A stretch of 64,000 nucleotides of DNA, from assembly GCA_028534125.1 (NCBI GenBank), contig CM052817.1, forward strand, positions 58,964,001 through 59,028,000, in the 5' to 3' direction. The position numbers and the translations under genes were made by a program. The first letter of the stretch is position 1. The number at the start of each line of letters is the position of its first letter. Under the pieces are notes generated by a model, which was not told the DNA's origin, did no database searches, and saw only the letters and a list, made by a program, of their open reading frames with translations. Positions 25,524 through 36,938 of this stretch are shown piece by piece. This DNA is from Lama glama. Taxonomy: Eukaryota.

Positions 25524-26852
25524 ATCTCTCTGGCACTGTGGCTTAAGGAGTATCAGTTATCTAGTCCTCCTGGAGACGGTGTGCTCTTAATGATTTTATC
25601 AAGAGGTCTTTTTGTCTTTGGCCTGTTTCCCGAACTCAGCTTTCTGTTTCCAGAGGCGCTCTGTTGGTGCCCTCTTCTGTGCTGCTCCCAGTGGCTGTCA
25701 GCTAGCAGATCACGCCCCCTCCCAACAATGGGTCAGGTGCTGAGCTCTTATCTGGTGGGTGGGCGGGTCACTCCCCCTCCCGATGCCGCAGTCAGATGCT
25801 GCACTAGGGGAGGCAAAAGGGCAGATCGTGCCCACTCCCAGCACTGTAGTCAGGTGCCGCGTTCCTGCCAGCAGGTTACCACCTGCTCCTTCCTGGCATT
25901 GGTTGCTCCACTGCTCTGTGCAGCTGCATGCTCTGCCTCGGGTCGGCGTTTGGAAGGCGGGCTCCGGGAGGACTGCAGAACAGCCCCGCCTCTACTCTGT
26001 GCCAAATCTCAGCTCCTTATTTGTCTTGGCAGCGCGAGTTCTCTGAGGTGCCAGGGTAGAAAGATCCTATCTGCCTCCAGCTGTAAACAAGTCTCAGTCC
26101 TGCCTCGGAGGTTGTGGAGCCCCCAGGTGCGGATTCAGGGTTCAGCCCCACCCCCGCCTCGGCACTGTGCACAGGAGGATATGGTGGCTGTGGCTGAGCC
26201 CTGCCTCTCTTCTCACGAGAAGTGCCAGTAATGGTGGCACAGGTCTGAGGAGACAAAGGCTATGATGCCCCTCTCTCCAGGGCACACCAGCTGTGTTGCT
26301 TTGCTTTTTTCGCAATTTATGGTGGAATGAGGTTGTTCTGCTCCATATCCCCTCCCAGCCACGGCATGCAGCTCCCTGCAGTCCCCTGGGGCTGCCTCAG
26401 TGCAGCCGCCCCAGTCCTCCGCCCAGCTCGGGCTGCATGCCCCAGCCCCAGCTGCTGGCTCCCATCTCGGGCTGGGTGTCGCAGGGACCCTTTGTGCCTG
26501 TATAACTCAGTTCTGTTGGTCAAGGGGTGCTCAGGGCAGATCTGAGCCTCGGAGGCTCCCCTTCCATCCCACTGGCCTCTCCGTTGGAGAGGGGAGACCC
26601 AGTGAACGAGTGCCAGTCCTCCTTTGCCGCTCCCTCCCCATGGGATCGGTCCTGCACTGTTTTGCTTTTCCTTCCTTCTTTTTTCCTTTTTTCCTACCAG
26701 ATTTTTGGCGTCTTTGTCTTTTGAAGAGGGTGATGTTCTGTCGGAGTTCAGCAGGTGCTCTGGTTGGCTGAGTGGGTCCGTAGATGTGAGTTTTGGTGTA
26801 TTTGTGGAAAAGGGTGAGCTACAAGTGTCCTACTCTGCCATCTTGCTTTTCC
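25524..26852 (-). promoter_or_regulatory. GC/CpG-rich L1 5'UTR internal promoter with terminal YY1 site
   Basis: Only strongly GC-rich segment of the window; CAAGATGGC on minus strand (gccatcttg 26837-26845) just inside the 5' end. Confidence 0.8.
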
Positions 26853-28204
26853 CTGTTATTGGTCTTTAAAATCACCCTTTTGAAATTGTGATTAGTTCAG
26901 AACTTTTTCACTAAAAGTAAACCATTATCTATTGAATATATTATTGAGTATATAAACAATTGAATGGAAAATTCAACTATTGAATAAACTATGCTTTAGT
27001 AGATAATTATTAATGTCTGTATATTGATATATACAACATTGTCATTAATTTACTAACACAAGGATCTGAGGTGCTATGAATTAGAATTTTGCAGATAATT
27101 GAAGATTATCATGTAAGTAGCAGAAAATGAATTGTTCTGCTAGCACATGCTCCCATCATACCTTCCGCCTTAAAGTGATTATTGGACATAATTCAACATT
27201 CGGGTGATCATTCCAATCATAAGAGAACACCACTTACCTGCTCACTGAATTAGTTCAAATGTCACATTCCCTCTGGAAAATTGTGATGCTGATGCTGATG
27301 GGTATCTCTCCTCTTGGTCAACTTACTTCTGACCATGAGTTGTTTGCCCCTAAACCTGTTTATTTTAGTTGTAATTGTTATTTTAAGTATTATTGTTATT
27401 AAGTGAACTAGTTAAAAATTAGGTGAACCAATAAAATAGGCAAGTGAAAAGGATGAGCAAACCAAGTTAGTGTTTTCGAAAGTCTTGAAAACACTGGAAA
27501 ATTTGAGAGAAATGAGTAAATTCATAGGAAAAAGATCAATATTCAAATTGCTTTTCAAGAAACATGATTCTTGGTTTATAGACTTTCTCCAGGAGCTGAT
27601 AACTGGTCTTGATTTTGCCCAATCAGAAGACATTGATTTAATGTATTTTATTACATGTTGTAGCCTAAGAAAGGCTATATTCTTTGGCTGTAAAATAGTG
27701 CTATGATACAATATCTTCCATACTACTTATGGAACATTTTACTTTCAGGTCCACATTTCTCTTACGCCTCTGAATATTTTGCATGCTCATAATTGGAATG
27801 TTACTATATGTCAGTTTACAAACTTACTTAGGTATAGTTTGCATTTAGACATTCAAGACATAAACTACAGAATTATCACCTTCCTCTGTGCAGCCCACAA
27901 TCAACTTTCTATTTTATTTAACAACCAGTCTGAATGTTATTTGGGAAAAGGATAAGTAGTTATAAAGGAGGAGGTGAACATAAGCTCGTAGCAAACCTGA
28001 GAGTTAAGCAAAGGTTTTTCTGAATTCTGCCATCATTGGATAAGCACTGAAGGTTTTTGATGAGTATTTGTATTTGTCAGGTGTATGTTTTAGAATGATT
28101 AAATTAATCTCTTAGGTGATTGATCTCTTAAGTGCATCTGTTTTTCATTACTTTTTTTGATCCTTTTTTCTGTTTTTTTTTTCCTGTTAAAAGCATATGG
28201 TTTA

Positions 28205-28463
28205 GAGGGGAAAGGAAGGGCAGAGATAGATTAGGAATTTAGGAATAACAGATACACATTATTATATATTAAATTGATAAACAACAAGGACCTACTGTAT
28301 AGCACAGGGAGCTATATTTCATTTATTGTAATGAGCTGCAATGGTAAAGAATCTGAAGCAAATATATATACATATATATATATGTATATGTATAACTGAA
28401 TTGCTTTGCTGTACACCTGAAACTACCATTGTAAATCGACTACACTTCAATAAAATAAGAATT
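28205..28463 (+). mobile_element. 5'-truncated L1 3'UTR (artiodactyl type)
   Basis: aacaacaaggacctactgtatagcacaggga..gctgtacacctgaaact..cttcaataaaa; TSD 13/16 match at 28189-28204 and 28464-28479. Confidence 0.9.
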
Positions 28464-29743
28464 AAAAACGTATAGTTTATTGTGATTGGTACACCTGTGT
28501 TAAATGAGAAAACAATAAGTTTAAAGAGAACATTTAACTCTACCTCGACAAAAACAAATCTTTAATGGAGTGTTCTCAATATTAACTTATTTTCCTACTT
28601 CTGTAGTGTGTAGAGTACTGACATTGAAAAGATTTTAATTTGTATTGATAATAAAGGAACACACTGCTAGAAAGAGGATCTTAAATAATTAGAGGAACGC
28701 ATGTCAAATCTTTCAGGCCCTCATATTAACACACAGTGCATGCTGCTTCTTATTTTTGCAAATGTCAACCTTCTTCTTGATGTGTCTTTTGGGAAATGGT
28801 TCACTCCGATTCAAAGGCATATAATAAAAGAAAAGGGCTTAGGGCAATATTTAAGCAATGAAAGAAACACAGGACATTTATGACTAGCTGGGAGGAACTG
28901 ATTGCCTTTGGCTGTGCCTTGGGAAATCCCCAGGAAATACAGTAAGTTGTGATTACTATTATAAGTTAAAATGATATAAAGCATGCAGAGGAATTTGTGT
29001 TTTCCTTATGGGTAACTGCATTTCATTGTCTCAGTGTGCAGTTAGAGTTCATACCCACCTACTGTGTTTCTTACTGAAGTACTAGCAGGAGATGTGTTAT
29101 TGAAAACTGCAGAAGAGTCTCTCAGGAGAATCAATTTGAAAAAAGAATTTAAAGCTAAGTACATGTAAGAAAACATATTTTCACATACTTCAATTAAATA
29201 TCTCATAAAACTAGTAGTGTTTAAAATTAACGATAACAAAATTTTAACTGCAAATATTTGTTAAAATATATATGTTGAATTTATTATACTGTGTATAACT
29301 ATGGTAAAGAGACAATGTTAGAGATAGATCAAAAAAAAAGGGCATTCCAGTTTAATTTTATTCCAGTTTAATTTTCTCAGTGCAGTTTTATTGTGATTAT
29401 TTCCTTAATAAAACTGTAAATGCTTAGCTCTACCAGCATTATTTGGAGGCTATAAGGATGTGATTCATCATTACCTTATAGGTTATTATCTCTGAGTTTC
29501 TACCAGGTTGTTGAGAACACAAAGGAAAGGTATCTCACAAATCTCTATTATTTTTTCCTTTTATTTATTAAAAAAAATTATTTCATTTTTCCCTTTATGG
29601 TAGTTAAGAGATCTAACACCAATTTCTACTTACTATATTGTCTCAGCTCTACTGCACTACCTTCAAATTTAAAACATGGCTAAAGAATTATTCTTGAAAT
29701 AAAGTATAAAATGCTAACAGTAGGTATTCAGTCTTATGAATAC

Positions 29744-30374
29744 TGTTGCTGGTGATTAGGTTCTTGTCTCCTCGCAGGAAGAATTCAGAGACAGGACGCA
29801 GAGGTTAAGAAAGTGGGGATTTATTAAGGGATGGATAAACACTCTCAAGGGGAGAGCGGGCAGGCTCAGGTGAATGGCTGCCCTGAGTTTCTTTGGCAAG
29901 TTGGTTACATAGGGTACAAAAATAAATGGGTGGAATATTCATTGCGGAGGGAAGGGTTTGGGGTCATATTCCCTGATTTTCATCCCAGCTCCACCTTCCC
30001 AATGGAAGGAAGGATTTATGTCCTTATTTAGTCTGGACTAGAAGTGTCATGGCGTCGGTCCATGATGGTTACTTCTCATCTGCAAGTCTAATTTTATTGA
30101 AATGAGGGCATAGTGAGTAAAAGGTTGCATTCAGGTACTAGAGATTCCTGCCTTTTCCCACCTTCTTTTTTTGTGGGCCTTGAGGGCAATGTGTGATTTC
30201 TTATCAGTCCAGAGTTTTCTGCTTTTCTTTGTCTGCCCAGGGACCCCTGTTGTTTGCATGATGTGTGGTTTCCTGCATTTGGCCCTGTGCCCCTCTCCTT
30301 TTTTGCCCAGTTCCTGCCATTTGGCCTGTGTCCCCCTTTCTCTGCTCATATCTAGCTATCTGCCTGCTCTAACA
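29744..30374 (-). mobile_element. ERV1-class solo LTR, copy B (same family as 17406)
   Basis: TG..CA termini; minus-strand AATAAA near 29820; colinear with copy A; TSD not evident. Confidence 0.9.
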
Positions 30375-31219
30375 GTCACTATTTTTGGTCACATAAATGT
30401 AACATACTAGGTACAAAAAGTACAGTCTATTTAAAGGCACTTTTGCCTTGCAAGTTCTGTATACTGCCTCGGTTGATTAATGAACAAATAACTCTGTAGG
30501 TCATCCAAGGTTGTGTGCTTGGATCAATGGCATGCCTTGGATGGGTCTATGATACAAGAGGGATTTTAAAAGATAGTATTTTAATATGTTCAACTTGGGT
30601 GATTTAATGAAAGGTTAAAATAAATGTCTAAGGAAGCACAAAACTAGTAAAGTTGTTCTTGCTTAATGTAGGTAACTAAAATTCACATATCTGAGTAGTT
30701 TCTGATTTCAGAGAATCTCCAAGCATTTTACAGTCTACATACTTCCTGACTTATTAACTCATGTCTGTTAATTAGTCATTAAAGATAGTTCTGAGTGGTA
30801 TATATAAAGTTGAAACATGACTCTTAAAAGATAAAATAGAAACTCCACCAAAAAGCATGAAGGAATATAAAAATATTGATGTATTTATCATAAATATCTT
30901 GTCTTAATTTAAAATCACATTATTTCATGACATCTTAAATGGCTATATTACCTAAATCCTACTGTTCTCCACATGTATGTACTGTTAGGGGTCCAAGGTC
31001 AAATTTTCCTTTTGTTCATGATCGTTCTAGAAGTTGAGCATTCTTCTGTATATGCAAGTCTTAAATCTATTTTCTTAAACAATTGTTTCTTACATGATTT
31101 CATTATCAAGAGAACTTTAACTGTATGAGAACCTAAGATAAGGCAGTTAAAATGATAATTTTCTAAAAATGTCATGCCCCCTTGGATTCTAATTATGTTT
31201 AGTAATTTTATAGCTCTTT

Positions 31220-31510
31220 AAATCTCTTATCTGCAGTTCTGAAATTAAAAAAAAAAAAAAGCAAAAGCCCCTGAAAGTCTAGTCTTTCTATGACTTATTT
31301 GGTAATCAAATCTGGCCTGATCTAAATGGACAAGAGGCTGTTTATAATTTTTTTAAAGTCACAGTGAGGTTATCATATTTTTACTACAGAAATATTAATG
31401 TCTTTGATTATGCCAGCCTTAGACTTAGCTAGGGGTATTATTTTGCATATTCTGAATAATTCTGAATACTGAAAAACACTTGGCCCAAGGCTTTTGGATA
31501 AAGAGTTATT
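31220..31510. mobile_element. MER46C-like TcMar-Tigger DNA transposon
   Basis: Inverted termini ctcttatctg / tggataagag; internal cagaaatattaatgtctttgatta and ggcccaaggcttttggataag. Confidence 0.75.
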
Positions 31511-31766
31511 TAAGAATTTTCTTATATTCAAATTTCAATTCCATCTCTAGCACTGTTTTGCTTTTTGGTGTGTGTGCCTGGAGCTAGTAAGTTCTGTATT
31601 CTTGTTGAATCATAGTTGAGATACTATTTTTAACATTTTTCTCAGGTAGAAATGGTGTTGGATCTCACCCTAATCAAATTATGTATTCCTTTGATCTCCG
31701 GACTACACCTACAATCTGTATTTGTTAAATGCTTCCAGAAAATAAGAAGATATTAAGGGGCTTCAT

Positions 31767-31768
<2 letters not shown>

Positions 31769-31805
<37 letters not shown>

Positions 31806-31814
31806 CGCGTGTGC
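31769..31814. repeat. (GT)14(GC)6(GT)2GC compound microsatellite
   Basis: 46 bp of uninterrupted purine-pyrimidine alternation. Confidence 0.97.
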
Positions 31815-32890
31815 TTTTTAAGTCATTTATTGCCTTTTATGGGTTTTGGGTTTTCAGCTTTTTTCCTTGTTCCAAATCTTGTGCTTATTTCAAGTCTTGA
31901 CTTACAACTAAGATGGTTTATAATGAAAATCATATACACATGATTCACAGAACAGCCTCTAAGTATAAGCCTCTGTCCTCATACTCACCTTAATCAGAGC
32001 TTAGCGAGGGGTAAGTAAGCTCCTGACTTGTGGGAGCCAAAGGACTCAGTTCTAAGCCTGTCACTGCCCTACATTTTGCTGTAATGATGGAAATTCATTT
32101 TACTATTTCTCTCTCTCATTTGTGGGAATGAGAAACACATTATTATCATACAGGGATAGTATGTGCTCAGATCATCTGGCTTTTCTAATACAAAATAAGC
32201 ATACAGGATGCTGTAAACCACTGTAAAAAAAAATAGTGATATCCATGAACTATACTGTCTATGTGAAAAAGAAGTCCAGAGATGAAGTAGTTCTCTGCTA
32301 GATTTTCTAAGCTCCTGCAATTAAATTGAACACTGGTTTTTTTATTTACCAAGTGTTGGATGAATAAACTCATTACTTTGATTTGGCTGTATTATTACAT
32401 TTAATTATCTGTAAGTGTTGCTTCAATTCATATTTTCAAATTATAGATGGAATTTTTAATCAACTTTTAGAAAGGAAATGGGTTAGAAAGAAAATGATAT
32501 GGGTAAACTGGGTAATGGAGTCTTAGTCATTATGACTCCCTAAGTATTTTCTTTTAACTAGTTCTCAGTTGTTTATTCTAAGCAGTTTTCCTATGTACAG
32601 GCACTTTTTCTAATAATGCTTAATTTTGCTATGATAATAATCTGATTATTTGTTACCCCAACCCAAGTATTACTTGAAAAATAAAATTTTAAATTTGTAA
32701 TTTTTTTCTCCTTTGTTCTTAACTGATACACCTATATTTCTTTATAAAGCCTAATATTAGCCTAGATCTAGTAAATAAAGAATTTGGAAATGTACTATAT
32801 TGGGTTTGGCATTTTGTTAAAAATAATAAATATGTCCACATTTGGTCTTTATGCTGACATAGCATTTTTAATTGTAAAAGATTCTATTGA

Positions 32891-33401
32891 GATACAGCCA
32901 CTTTGGAAGGAATTTTGGCAGTTTCTTAAAGAACAAAATAAAACATAATCATATTGTACAATCCAGTATTGACCTCCTTGGTATTTACCTAAGTAAGTTG
33001 AAAACTTATGTCATATTAAAACTTGCACATGGATGTTTATACTACCTTTATTTATAATTTCCAAAACGTAGATGCAACCAAGATACTCTTCAGTAGGTGA
33101 AATGTGGTACATCCAGACAATGGAGTATTACTCAGTGCTAAAAAGAAATGAGCAATCAAGCTATGAAAAGACATGGAAGAAAATTAAATACATATTACTA
33201 AGTGAAAGAAGCAAATTTGAAAAGACTAAATTCTGTGTGATTCCAACCATGTGACACTCTGGAAAAAGTAAAACTGTGAGACAGTGAAAAGATCAGTGGT
33301 TGCCAAGGGTTAGGGGGAGGGAAGGATGATTAAACAGAGAATAGAGGATTTTTAGGACAATGAGACTAGTCTGTATGATACTATAATGAAAGGTACATAT
33401 G
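32891..33401 (+). mobile_element. L1MC-like ORF2 end and 3'UTR fragment
   Basis: tacagccactttggaa start; peptide MWYIQTMEYYSVLKRNE..ILLSERS; aaaagatcagtggttgccaaggg. Confidence 0.9.
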
Positions 33402-33859
33402 AACTTGACAACTCATTAAAAACTCTAAAAGATAAAGGACAAAAGCATAATAAATTTCTCACAAATGATGAATTTTTGCTGTAAGTAATTATGATTGAGC
33501 TGTAGAGCAAGTTTCTGGAGTACTATGCTTTCTGCTAAGTGAAGATTGCAGTCCTTTGATCAAATTTACTCACAAATCTCCATCCAGGGCAAAATTTATT
33601 TAAACCTACCCCAGGCAAATCCCAACAGACCATAAGAAAATAGGTAAATTCAGAGATAAAAACATATTCTTAGATGAAGAAAATTGAAGCATCGGACTTG
33701 CGTGCCTTATTTGTCATCCCTCAATGCAAGCATGTAGACAGATAGCCCCCTCTTTGATGTACCTTTAAAGGAACCAAGGCCATAATACTAGCATTTGCTA
33801 TTCTCATTAGAAGAAAAATCCATTACATGCCACAACAAAGATTATTTTGTAGGTCCTCC

Positions 33860-34090
33860 ATTTTAAATACTTAACTAGCCTTAAATATCTGGACAATTTC
33901 TTAACTGATTCTAAACTAAATCTAAGTTACTTAATTCTAAAAGTTTCCTCATCAGAAGACATAGGAATAATAATAAAGGTAAAAAAAAATTTAACTATTT
34001 CAGGGACTGTTGTAGGAACTAAATGAAATAATGCTTTTCAAATACTAAAAATAGGGGCTTCAGAATAAGTGTTCAATAAATATTAATCAT
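33860..34090 (+). mobile_element. MIR SINE, degraded
   Basis: agtttcctcatcagaagacataggaataataata..tgttgtaggaactaaatgaaataatgc..gttcaataaatatt. Confidence 0.65.
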
Positions 34091-34874
34091 TTTCAAAATA
34101 TTCTTGTCATTTGTAAGTTATTAGATTTATAATGAACTATTGATTTTCACAGAGACCTATATTTACCTAATATTTGAAAAGTTCTCTTTGAGTATATTAT
34201 AATGGTTTTGTGACAGAAATCCTTGCCAGGCATGAAACTATACAATTTGAATTGCAATATGTGTTTGTACAGACTTGTCAACCGGAAGGATGTAGCAAGG
34301 TTGTTGTAACTTTGTTGTCTATCATACACAATTAATATTTTTATGTAGTAACTTTTTCTCTCCATTTGACTAAGCCATTTTTCAGTGATTAACTTTTATT
34401 GGTGTACAGATTAGAGCCATTTTATTGAGGTCATTTTTTATATATAGTGTTTGAGGTAGGAAAAGAATGGAGCAAATACTAGTACACTGCTTAGTTTAAG
34501 ACTGAAAAATGTTCGCATCAGCCAAGGAATTGGTGCAAGGGAACCTACTTTTTAAGGAGGACACTTAATAAATAAATATCATGTATGTTCTACTTTTCAC
34601 AAAACTCCCTGTCAAATTTAATGATCCCATCTTTCACTGTAATTTTTATTTTACTTTCTTATTTTAGTGTACTACATATTTTTTCTTAATTTCCAACCAG
34701 TATGATTTTAATATATATATGTGCCAAATGCAATGACTCTAAAAGCCTTATTTAATAAAAGCCTCTTAAGCCATCTTGATTTTGTATTTCTTTTCTTTAT
34801 TCATTTCTCCACCATTTTCTGCTGTTACTGATGATCAGTTGCTCCGAGAAAAAAAAAATGTGTTTTGTTTACAG

Positions 34875-34920
34875 GGCACAGCTTATGGAAGTGCTCCTGT
34901 ACCTTCTCGCAGGCAATTAT
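34875..34920 (+). other. Candidate 46-nt internal exon of an unidentified gene
   Basis: Acceptor tgtgttttgtttacag, donor TAT|gtgagt, all three frames open, non-repetitive flanks, two GCATG motifs downstream. Confidence 0.45.
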
Positions 34921-36269
34921 GTGAGTCTTTTAAATTCAGCTCTGTGTTGTAAACATGACTATGTTTTCTGTGCTGTAGCATGGCATGCTGATTGGGACCA
35001 AATGCCCTCAGGTCAATATGCAATTCCCAGTGTTGTATATTACCTATAATGTGTTTGTAGTAGACGGTTCCCTTGGCCTCTTCCTTATCTGTTTGTCATT
35101 ATCCAGCCCATTTAAGAAAACTGCACTGCAATGTGGCCAAGTGTGTCAAGGCTTCAAGAATGGCTCAAAGTCTGGGGCAAGGATACAAGTGGCTCTTACT
35201 TAAGTTCATTGTCATTTAGCAACTGTACTGGTGCTTTCTATGTTAACTGAATCAGTAAGCTTACTTAAACCCTAACTTCTATAGATTTGTTCAAAGATCT
35301 CGTGTATCATATACAGCTGTGATTTAGTCACAGCTAATGAGACCTCTTTCCTTGAAAAGGAAAAATCCATTAAAATAAATCCTCCTTCTAGCGAATTAAA
35401 AACAAACTTGACTTTTTAGCCACCTTAGTGTATTTCTAGGTTATCATATTTAGAAAATTTGAAAATAATCTGTAAAATTTTATATAGGAATCCTGGATTT
35501 TACAACCTTGCTCAGCTGTATTATAAATATATGCACCTTGCAGAGAGTCAGATATTTGCTTTTCAGCTCAGATTTCTGTAACAGCTTATCTGATTTAGCT
35601 GAACTTTTTGTCAATGAGAGATGTAAATTTAATACGTAGAATCTCCAAAGTGCCATCAGACTTTGAGAATGAGCTGTTGTCATTGCCCATTTCCATCCAT
35701 GTCTTTTCTCTTTTCCAGCGCTAGCATCCATCAGAAAATCATGGTTGTTTACCTCCATTATAGACTGCTATAGCAATACACCACATGATTCTAATTGTTG
35801 TGCCTAGCAATAAATGCCAGATAGATTCATGTTAATATGGTGTTAAAGATGATTCAAAGGTATAGTCCTGTTTGCATAATATTTTTCTTCACTATTGGCA
35901 AAAGAAATATATGATTTGATGACATTCACTGAGAAGGATATATGAATCGATTACAAAGAAAAGAAAAAACAAAAACTCTGCAGCACTTTGTACCATTATA
36001 AAGCTACCTAAAGAAAAAAAATGCACTTTTCTTTTTCATGAAAGAATGTTGAAGGTTTGAATTCTTACAAAGTTGTATGAAGAAAGAACCACTAAGGTGA
36101 ATAGAGAATGGGATTTAGATATATTGAATATTTCTCTGAAGGTAAATAATCATCAGCTGGTTTCAGTTGATTACCCCTTGCTATTATTTCTTTTTATTTA
36201 TTTCTTTATCATCTAACTTTCTAAAATATACTAAAAGCATGATTTCTTATGTAGGTATCGATGCAGTAC

Positions 36270-36938
36270 TGTTACCAAACTAAACTTGGGTTTACTCACC
36301 CTGTACACAGTAAAGCAAATATATTGACACCAGGTTGTGATGAAAAGTACAGAATTTATTGTAAGGTATCAGACAAGGAGTTTGGGGCAGCTAATTTTCA
36401 AAAGACCTGAACTCCCTGATAGCTTTCAGGGAAGCATTTTTAAAGGCAAGATGAAGGAGGTAGTCACAGGGTGTGTGATCACCTCCTGCACAATTCTCTG
36501 ATTGGCTGATGGTGAGGTAGCAGGGTGGTGTCATAGGGGTTAACAGTGTCAGTCCTCAGGCTCCAGGATGTCTAGGCGGTACATGTTCATGGTCATCAAG
36601 TAGTTAACTTCTTCCATTTGGTGGGGGGCTTAGCATCTGTAAAACAACTTAGGAATGTGCATCAGGCACTGTTATCTGTGTCCTTCAGGGAGGAATTAAA
36701 GATTCTGTGACTGCCATATGGCTGATTTACTGTTTAAATTCTTACCAGTTCTCCTGATCCAACTGCTGTTTTTGTCACTACATGTTCACAACCTTTCAAT
36801 CATTAATTCTTGAGTCAGGCTTTTGTGACTCAGGAGAGGCCTGGCAGACTACAGCTTTTCTACAGACAAGAGGCAGGCAGAGGACATAGAGGGTGGGTTC
36901 TGTCCTGGAAAAGGCCCATAGGATCCTGCTCAGTTATA
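36270..36938 (-). mobile_element. ERV1-class solo LTR, distantly related to the 57182/58330 pair
   Basis: tgttacc start; minus-strand AATAAA (~36355), TATA-like and CCAAT (ctgattgg ~36498); TSD gtac/gtat. Confidence 0.88.

Larger units (their letters stand above)
23810..26852 (-). mobile_element. Non-autonomous L1 derivative: 5'UTR, ORF1, ORF2 C-terminus, 3'UTR; endonuclease and RT absent
   Basis: Perfect 15-bp TSD CTGTTATTGGTCTTT (23795-23809, 26853-26867); TTTT/AAAG target site on minus strand; ORF1 and ORF2-tail peptides; intact 5' terminus. Confidence 0.95.

Noticed and set aside
25488..26869. 247-aa plus-strand ORF and overlapping ORFs in the L1 5'UTR (ORF0-like idea)
   Set aside because: The long ORF starts at TTG, resembles no protein I know, and long stop-free frames are expected in GC-rich DNA; ORF0 is described for primate L1.
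29343..29376. Short tandem duplications (attccagtttaattt x2; similar ones near 11488, 28105, 61605)
   Set aside because: Ordinary slippage duplications; no spacer array, not CRISPR-like.
17406..30374. Intact provirus between two direct LTRs
   Set aside because: No gag/pol/env or PBS; the interval holds older MIR, L2 and L3 fossils; copy A has its own TSD.
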